A stretch of DNA of 64,000 bases from Octopus sinensis (Eukaryota). Below are positions 55,585 through 64,000 of the stretch, in pieces. Position numbers and translations under genes: made by a program. The DNA is taken from assembly GCF_006345805.1 (NCBI RefSeq), contig NC_042998.1, forward strand, positions 104,718,001 through 104,782,000, read 5' to 3'. Every line of letters begins with the position of its first letter. Position 1 is the stretch's first letter. Under the pieces are notes generated by a model. That model searched no databases and was not told where the DNA came from. It saw nothing but the letters and a program-made list of their open reading frames with translations.

Positions 55585-55615
55585 GAGCGAGAAAGAAGCA
55601 ACAAGAATGGATAGG

Positions 55616-55706
55616 TTTTAGTACAATCGTTTCATACAAGGACAGGCTTTATTAAAAGTTGCAAAAATTACAGCATATAAACGTGTCCCGTACTCATCAG
55701 CTAAAA
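55616..55706 (-). ncRNA. Type-I hammerhead ribozyme (left arm)
   Basis: UUUUAG CUGAUGA GUAC...GUAU GAAA C gauu G UA CUAAAA: all core nucleotides and three stems present. Confidence 0.7.
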
Positions 55707-56212
55707 TACATGTGAGTTCTCTAGACATCCTAGTGGTTGAGGCTATACTCATGAAGTAATGTAGATAATTAAGTAACATAAACAGATTTCCAAAGTTCAT
55801 TAAAGTTCTTTAAAGATGATGTACAGTCTTATCACAGAATTTTAAAATTTCTCTGGAAATTTACATCTACACCATTGGAAATTGTGCATCTATACAAAGG
55901 ATTAATTCACCCTCTCTGTAATGCTAATAAGCAGGAATTGAGACCCACCTCGTTGTGATTAACAATGGATAAATTTGTCGTCTGTGAGTATGTAATCCCT
56001 CCTCATATCTCTGGAAATTCATATGTGCACTGTGGATTAGGTCACCTTCTCTGTGATGCTATCTATTAAAACTTTTTTAAAATTCTGTGATAAGACTGTA
56101 CATCTTTAAAGAACTTTAATGAACTTTGGAAATCTGTTTATGTTACTTAATTATCTACATTACTTCATGAGTATAGCCTCAACCACTAGGATGTCTAGAG
56201 AACTCACATGTA

Positions 56213-56303
56213 TTTTAGCTGATGAGTACGGGACACGTTTATATGCTGTAATTTTTGCAACTTTTAATAAAGCCTGTCCTTGTATGAAACGATTGTACTA
56301 AAA
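56213..56303 (+). ncRNA. Type-I hammerhead ribozyme (right arm); predicted cleavage after 56297
   Basis: Same fold as the left arm. Confidence 0.7.
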
Positions 56304-56450
56304 ACCTATCCATTCTTGTTGCTTCTTTCTCGCTTATAATCACCCCACATACTGTATTGTTAAAACAGTATAGTTTTTTGGGTGCATCTAAGTTAGGTAC
56401 CATATTCAAGTAAATTCATTTAAATTAACTTGAATCTTTATTGCTTTTGT

Positions 56451-56493
<43 letters not shown>

Positions 56494-56520
56494 TATAATA
56501 TATATATATATATATATATA

Positions 56521-56559
<39 letters not shown>

Positions 56560-56683
56560 GAGGGCATTATTATACAAAGATGCCACACGCTAAGAGGGAC
56601 AAAAGTCATTTCTACCAAAAATTTTACTAATCCCACCGAATGCAATCTTTCAAAGCAAGACATTTAAAAAATATAGACTTGTA

Positions 56684-57000
<317 letters not shown>

Positions 57001-57384
57001 GTGGAGGCGCAATGCCCCAGTGGTTAGGACAGCGGACTCGCGGTCGTAGGATCGCGGTTTCGATTCCTAGATCGGGCGTTGTGAGTGTTTATTGAGCGAA
57101 AACACCTAAAGCTCCACGAGGCTCTGGCAGGGATGGTGGTGATCCCTGCTGTACTCTTTCACCACAACTTTCTCTCGATCTTACTTCCTGTTTCTGTTGT
57201 ACCTGTATTTCAAAGGGCCGGCCTTGTCACTCTCTGTGTCACGCTGAATATCCCCGAGAACTACGTTAAGGGTACACGTGTCTGTGGAGTGCTCAGCCAC
57301 TTACACGTTAATTTCACGAGCAGGCTGTTCCGTTGATCGGATCAACCGGAACCCTCGTCGTCGTAACCGACGGAGTGCTTCCAC

Positions 57385-57385
<1 letters not shown>
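57001..57385 (+). mobile_element. SINE family 3 copy inside (TA)n
   Basis: tRNA-like head; its 3' domain also appears as a minus-strand fragment at ~7080-7260. Confidence 0.85.
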
Positions 57386-57427
<42 letters not shown>

Positions 57428-57904
57428 AACATACATACATGTGTGTGTGTGTGTGTGTGACCCTTTTTATTCCTCTTTTGCTATTTTACCGTTCCTTATA
57501 TAGCTAAATTTAGATTTAATTAATGAAATTAAATGTCTTCGTCCTGCATTTCCTAATTGTTTGCCTTTCCTCACTTTTGATGCACAATTGATGCTGTGCG
57601 TGATTGTAGCTTTAAGCTGGTTGATTATCTTCCCTGTTCTTCTTACTTGTATTGTAGTGATGAAGACGTCATGCTGCTAATGACTTTTATCTGTCAAGCG
57701 TGGTAGGAGCTCACAAGATTAGCCTTGGAAATTTTTTGTAGGTTTATCCCGCTACATCCGTGCGTTAATATCACGTGACTATTTTTTGCACCAAAATTGA
57801 GGCTGAAACGATTGAGTCAGCATGACTCGTGAGAGTCTGAAACAAGGCTCTCTAAATTTAATTTGTCAGGTGTAAGAGTGGACAGGAATTGTTTCTATAT
57901 AGCG

Positions 57905-59032
57905 CAGTGGTTGAATAGTTTGTATTCTTGTCAAGCTTCAGGCATATAGTTTCCATCCGGATATTGTACGATGGGTTGGTGCCTTCCTCTCAGATCGCTC
58001 CTTCCAAGTCCAAGTTAATGGTTCGTGGTCCGACGTCTCCAGTGCGAGCAGTGGCGTGCCTCAAGGTTCAGTGCTTGGGCCCTTGTTGTTCTTAGTCTTC
58101 ATAAATGACTTGCCCGATGACCTCACGCAACACACCCTTCTATTTGCCGACGATATCAAACTGGTCGCTCCTCGCGGTAATATAGAGGATCTTCGTCGAT
58201 GCCTCCACCAAATTTGGAAGTGGTCTAACGATTGGGACCTGTGTCTGAACGTGTCAAAGTGCTGTCATCTGCCTGTCGGCTCTACTCCTGCAACTCAACT
58301 TGATTTCGAGCCGGGTCGTCTGCTGCTGGAGAGGACCGATCAAGTAAAGGACCTAGGTATCTTGGTGGATTCCTCCTTTTCGCCTTCGGCCCAGTGCGTC
58401 CATGCTGCCAACAAAGCACGCGGAATTCTGTTCTTGATTCGACGGTCATTCGGAATGCTCACAGCAGCCATATTCCTACCACTCTATGTCACGCTGGTGA
58501 GACCCATATTGGAGTATGGGATTCAAGCCTCTTCTCCTTATCTCCTCAAAGACATACAGCATCTCGAAAGAGTCCAGAAGCTGGCTACCCGCATGGTTCA
58601 TGGTCTCAAAAATTTGTCCTACGAAGAAAGGCTGAGGACGCTCGACCTTTATTATCTTGAAAAACGCCGCCGCCGTAGTGATCTCATTCTCGCCCACAAC
58701 ATCATAAGCGGAAAGTGTAACCTCTCGAAAGAGCTGTTCTTCACTCCTGCTCCAGAGCGTCGGCTGCGGGTCATTCCGAAAAGCTCTACCTGCGACGATT
58801 TCATCTCAATCGAAGGAGAGGAGCTTTCTCCGTCTGGGTTGCGGATCCGTGGAACAAGCTGCCAGACGAGATGGTAAAGATGCCGACGACCGCTTTGTTC
58901 AAAGCCTCCCTGGACCTCAAGTGGCCTAAACTCTTTACATGAACACCACCCTGTACTTAACTCCATGTCCCCCTACATGGCCTTGCTATTTGCTTTTGAG
59001 CCAAATTAACTAACTAACTATCTAACTATCTA
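57905..59032 (+). mobile_element. 5'-truncated CR1/L2-type LINE: RT domain, one frameshift near 58769, (TAAC)n tail
   Basis: PQGSVLGPLLFLVFINDLP...LFADDIKL in ORF 58056-58877. Restoring one G gives GHSEKL...RRGAFSVWVADPWNKLP ending at TGA 58940-58942. Confidence 0.9.
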
Positions 59033-60478
59033 TGTATGCAGGCATCAAATTTTTTTCTCCACTAAATTCGTGTGTTAGACTCATACAAGGAAAAGTAAAG
59101 AATGTGTTCAAAGTTTAGATTGTTAGCTGTGTAAATTCAACACATCAATGAGTTTAGGAGTCAATGTACTTTGTTAAAGTTTGATCAGTCTTCGTATTTT
59201 TATTAATATATTTGCTTTGTTTATCTTTGGTCTTTGGTATTGACTAAACAAAAGTAAAGTGGAAAAACTTAGAACTTGAGACATTTATCTTTTGTGCATA
59301 TGTTTATGTGTCCACCCAGCCTTGATTATCTGAGATTATCACTAGACGTTCACTCAACTGTGACAGCTTTAACATACGGCGCCAAACATATTGTAACATG
59401 GCATTAAAGAACGGACGTAGCAGGGAACTTACAAAACTTTCTAAACCTTATCACGTGATCATCCTCGATCAATCAAATCGCATGCAAGACAAGTTTTGAG
59501 TTGCAATCCAAGACAGTTGCGGCATAAGCTTATGTCTTTCTATCTAAAACTTTTGAAAATCAAATCTGTGAAACCAGTTGTCTTTAAAAATGTTTAAATC
59601 TAAATCAATCCAAAGAGAATTTTCAACTTTTATGTGTGTGTGTGTGTGTGTGTGTGTGCGTGCGAGTGCATGTATACAAGAGGGAGAGAGAGAGAGAGAG
59701 AGAGAGAATCCAATTACATATATAATTCATGCCAGGCACCTGTCAGAAGAAATTTAGAATTTTACTCTAATTCATAATCAGGAAATTTTATTCTTGATAT
59801 TGGTATTAAATATCTATTAATATATGGTTCAACTAAGGCAGAGACCTTGCAGAATCGCTAGCATGTCCTGCGTTTAAATACCACGAGGCCGACTATTACT
59901 TTTATCATTCGGGTTCGATAAGATAAATACCAGTTGAGTACTGGAGTCTGTGTAATCGACTTACCCCTCCTCCGAAATTGCTACAAAATTTGAAACCATT
60001 ACTTGGATCGTCGATTTTATCTATTATCTAAATGTCATCTGTTTTATTTATTGGGTTGCAGTCTGCCCAAGACTGATAGAGCAATCATACACTAAATTTT
60101 TATTTCGGAGTCTGTCATACATTAACATGACAAAGGTTGGTATGAAGAAAAAAGTGAATTCAAAAACAGTGTTTTTGGAGTGAATATTGCATTAAGTAGT
60201 AGTTATTTTAGCAATTGTCAAAGATGAAATCAAATCCAAGTAAATCTGAACTCAGGAACTAAAAAATGGCGAGCATTTTAAATTCAGCAAAATATTTTAC
60301 TTTCTGTTCTTATAGATTCTGAAATACATTGTTTTCCTCATGTTCCACTACTATATTTAAATTATAGATACTACATTCTAGATTTATTTTATCGAAAGGC
60401 ATGGCACGTATTATATGATTCTGGCACGTATTATACGATATGAATTTGGAGGAATAAAAAAAGAACCTACAAGCCTAC

Positions 60479-60598
60479 CAGTTATGTCTTCCAGTACATA
60501 AAATAGATGTCCTACTCGCTTACAAGTATAAACCAGGCAAGAATATGGCTGTCGTATTTTTTTCCCATGTGGATGACAAACTCCATTTATCCTACAAC
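60479..60598 (-). CDS. Gene C most 5' module exon found, (G)CRINGVCHPHGKKIRQPYSCLVYTCKRVGHLFYVLEDIT
   Basis: ctttttaattcatag|gt acceptor, g|gtaggc donor, 120 nt. Splice flanks resemble gene B module 1. Confidence 0.88.
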
Positions 60599-61708
60599 CT
60601 ATGAATTAAAAAGACATAAGTTTTTTTTTCTATTATCAACAATGTTCATGAAATACGTTTGTTCTTGTAACACACTTATAAACGATAAATTATCAATTTA
60701 TCTTCAATGGTGAAATATCCATTTCCATTTCCAACACGGATATCCGTTGAAGGGTGAATACGTTTTCAGTGATAATGAGTTTCAATGTTAGTTTCGAAAC
60801 GTCTAAAGACTAGGATGCACGAAAAATATCATCTTCATTTAACTGTACAAATATAGATAAATATTATTTCAAAATTAACATAATGTTATTTTTTTAAATT
60901 TTAAAGCAACCTAGAATAACAACTGACCAATAAGTGAAGGTATAACTGTATATATGACGACAGGCGACTCACAGTTGACTTCATATACAAATATAAACTA
61001 TATGTGTATATAAGTGTGTAATTATGTGTTTACAAAATAAGAGATCCAATATAATACAAATGCATGTAATACTATGTAGTACAACCTTAACCGTGTCTCA
61101 GTGCTGAACTGGACAGTTCCTACAAAAACAACCAACACAAACAGACAAATAAACCTTTACGTATTAGGTTCGCGTTAAAAATGAATTAAATCATTCAGAG
61201 AAGAACTCTTTATGTTTCAAATTACCAGACATTGTTCTTCATACAACACAAGAGATTAAAATGATAAGAATGGAACGAATCAGTGTGGTGATTTCCCACC
61301 TTCGAATGGCTTCATCTTTGAATTAAGGACCCCTGAATAGGATTTAATTCGCGCTTAAAAGTGACTAACTCAACAACCGCTCCCAAATGAGGTGCATTTC
61401 TTTAAAGAGATAGATAAACGGCTCATCCAGCTCACACACTTCTTTGTACGGCGGCTGATGTTAATAGAAGAAATAGGGACTGGGGGAAGAAGTCGGAACT
61501 TTATATTACACATGGAAGAAGAATAGGAAGAGATCAGAAAGGAAAAAGTTTTTTAATGAAAGAGAGTATATAGATTGAGGAAATAGGTAACTGCTAATCT
61601 GCGCATGTGTCGCAAGTATCTCTCTATATCATTTGGAACTCGTGTGTGTGTTTGTATGTGTAATACACATGTGCACACAGGATTATAAACACACACACAC
61701 ACACACAA

Positions 61709-61763
<55 letters not shown>

Positions 61764-62329
61764 AACTTACTGTTAACAAAAGTCGGGATGCGTCGCGTTC
61801 AGTTACTCAATAAGTGAAAATGCATTAAATATTTAAAAAAACGTACACATAGGAGAGAGAGAAGAAGCCTAATTCTTCATCAGTTGTCGATAACTGATGA
61901 AGAATTAAGGTCCTTCTGTGTCTGTCCTGTGTGTACGTCTTTTAGTATTTAATGCATTTTTCATTTAAAATATATATATATATAATGCATCAAGTACAGT
62001 ACATCACCAACTAGTGAAAAATACGTAAATACATAATGAGAGACAAGTACAGAAGAAAATACCAAAATAAATCTAACCCCTCCTCAGTTGTCGACTGTTA
62101 ATTACTCCCGGTTTCGAACTTTCAACGACACGATAGGAAAGCTTCACAAAACAGCAGTATCCAAAAATTTTTTAAACATAAAATTTTTAGTGAGTTAGAG
62201 CTTCGAACGAACAAACAACGACAGAGTGGACGTACAGATTAAACAGTCGACGAATACGAACATTAATGGCCGTTAAGCGAAGACGCATCGTAATGGGTAA
62301 TGCCTGGGAGAAATTTTGAAAGGATACAG

Positions 62330-62600
62330 AATACATAGAAGAAAAGAAAATAGTAGAAGAATCGTTATCGTAACCGTGATGCCAACTTTAAGACAATCAA
62401 TAAGAAACATTCAATATCTATGGCAGATTTTGTATGGCACCTGAAGGAGGATAAAACAAAGTACAGCATTAATTGGTCCATAGTAAGGTATGCGAAACCA
62501 TACAATATAATTTCCACGAGATGCTATCTATTCTGTGGACTAACGAGAAGATAATAGAATTTCTGAACGACATCTCAAGCGTACGCATATAAATGTACTC
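62330..62600 (+). mobile_element. Penelope-like GIY-YIG remnant
   Basis: NFKTINKKHSISMADFVWHLKEDKTKYSINWSIVRYAKPY motif. Confidence 0.6.
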
Positions 62601-63689
62601 TCCCACAATGCAGTGAGTATGAATTTTGAGCAACCGCTAACTTAATTTGCTTTAAGGTATGGATGACTTAAGTTTACATTTAACTTCTCCATCCTTATAA
62701 ACATCAAGTAGATAACTAACTCGCTTTGTGATCATGAGTGCACCAAACCTCACGTGTGCGTATGGTTGCATTTTTGCGGATGCTTGTATGAGCGAGTGTA
62801 CTCGCGCCATGCAGATTGCCCGAGGGCGTTTATACATCCATATCTGTTAACGGCTATTCGTAATACTTTTCTCGCTGGATTGCGTGTTCGTTTCTCTTTT
62901 TGCCATCTGTGATTTTATTTTTGATCTTCTATATAAATGAAGATATTTCCTCCCCCTGGCTTCTTTTCTTTCTACAAAACGGAAAGTTACATTGCGGAAC
63001 AGTCATTTTAAAGAGTTGTATTTATTTATCACCCGACGAGATACATCTGCACCATCGGATGCTCTTGAACTAGTTGTTGAGTGTCCCACCCAAGAGGAAT
63101 CGACGCTAGATGTGTCGAAACAATTGTCGTGATTAATAATAATATCTCGTATATTCCACCTTCTGCTTTTCAGACTAGTTGAGGGTGTGAGTGATGATGG
63201 TCCTAGCATTGAATCTAAGCATCGACGAGAACAGTCTGAGTAGCCTCTTTCAGAGGACCTACAGGTTGAAGATCATGGACAATTTCCAAAAGCCTTTGGC
63301 TTGGCAGTACTACAGAGGGGCATTTCCTGTTCGAGACAAGCACTTCAGGCATGGAAGTGCCAAAAGCCGAACTTGCTCGAGATACTTGCAGGGGAACGTA
63401 ACCGTCTAGGATGCATTAGAGAGTTGTAGGATTGTGTGGAGCAGCTGTGTCGGGAATAAGACGAATTCAGCTGTCTGAGAGTGCATAGCGAATATCGATG
63501 CACCACCTTCCTTTTGGAGAAAAGGAAGGCAGATTTTTCTCTGCTTAGTGATTGTGGTAAAAGAGGCTATGTGGTGGGCTAGTTTGAAAGGTTTGAAGAC
63601 AGGTACATTCCTATCTGGTGAAACCCTCATCAATTTCTTCATCATTTGCTTTCTTTCTCAGTTAACATTATGTCTGGTTTCCAATTCTT

Positions 63690-64000
63690 TATTTCATGGT
63701 CGCACTGAATCATAAAATCCCATAGGGTCTTTGCATTTCGATGATGCCTTCGGGTTTATATTCGTACCACTTTTTTGCTCCGTCAAGTTCATACTCGTTG
63801 CAAAGTATCCAATGGACAATCATTGCTATATTGTCATGACGTCTCATATTCTTTCTGGGATAGTGGCGTACATTGAGTGGTAATATGCCATAAGGTTTCA
63901 CCATTTAGTCCACAAATTCTGTACTTACCACTTTCTGATGTGTTGTCTATTTCCGTTTCCGGTTTTTAATCACTTTTACCCATCCATAGCCATATTTTCT
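63690..64000 (-). mobile_element. R4/Dong-like LINE C-terminal fragment
   Basis: RRHDNIAMIVHWILCNEYEL..AKKWYEYKPEGIIE motif. Confidence 0.65.

Larger units (their letters stand above)
55585..56335. mobile_element. Young foldback element, arms ~55586-55847 and ~56075-56334, ~230 bp spacer, abutting (TA)n
   Basis: Arms are almost identical inverted copies. Confidence 0.9.

Noticed and set aside
60894-60910. ctag|gt tgc ttt aaa att taa, resembling another terminal GC exon
   Set aside because: No homology to the B/C 3' UTRs, and only 300 bp separate it from the next module exon, leaving no room for a promoter and signal exon.

Overview
AT-rich, microsatellite-dense animal DNA. The SINE families and repeat landscape are most consistent with an octopus genome (inference). 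None of the real genes appears intact in the ORF track, because they are split into 60-123 nt exons. On the minus strand there is a tandem head-to-tail cluster of at least three paralogous genes for secreted, cysteine-rich repeat proteins. Gene A has only its promoter, non-coding exon 1 and signal-peptide exon securely in the window. Gene B is complete: 9 coding exons, 852 nt, 283 aa, comprising a signal peptide, a 2-Cys linker, six ~40-aa modules of pattern GC-x5-C-x3-G-x7/8-C-x4-C and a terminal RC*. Gene C shows four modules plus a terminal SCS*, and its 5' end was not found in the window. Every coding intron is phase 1 with GT-AG ends and each module is one exon. I cannot assign the family by name; it loosely resembles the first sub-domain of VWC/SVWC modules. 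Several foldback elements sitting in or beside (TA)n tracts carry type-I hammerhead ribozyme motifs, one of them fully intact in both arms inside a gene C intron. The remainder is tRNA-derived SINEs, decayed LINEs (CR1/L2, RTE, R4/Dong-like), Penelope-like remnants, mariner and hAT remnants, non-autonomous Helitrons and microsatellites. All exon models were read by eye and need RNA-seq confirmation.
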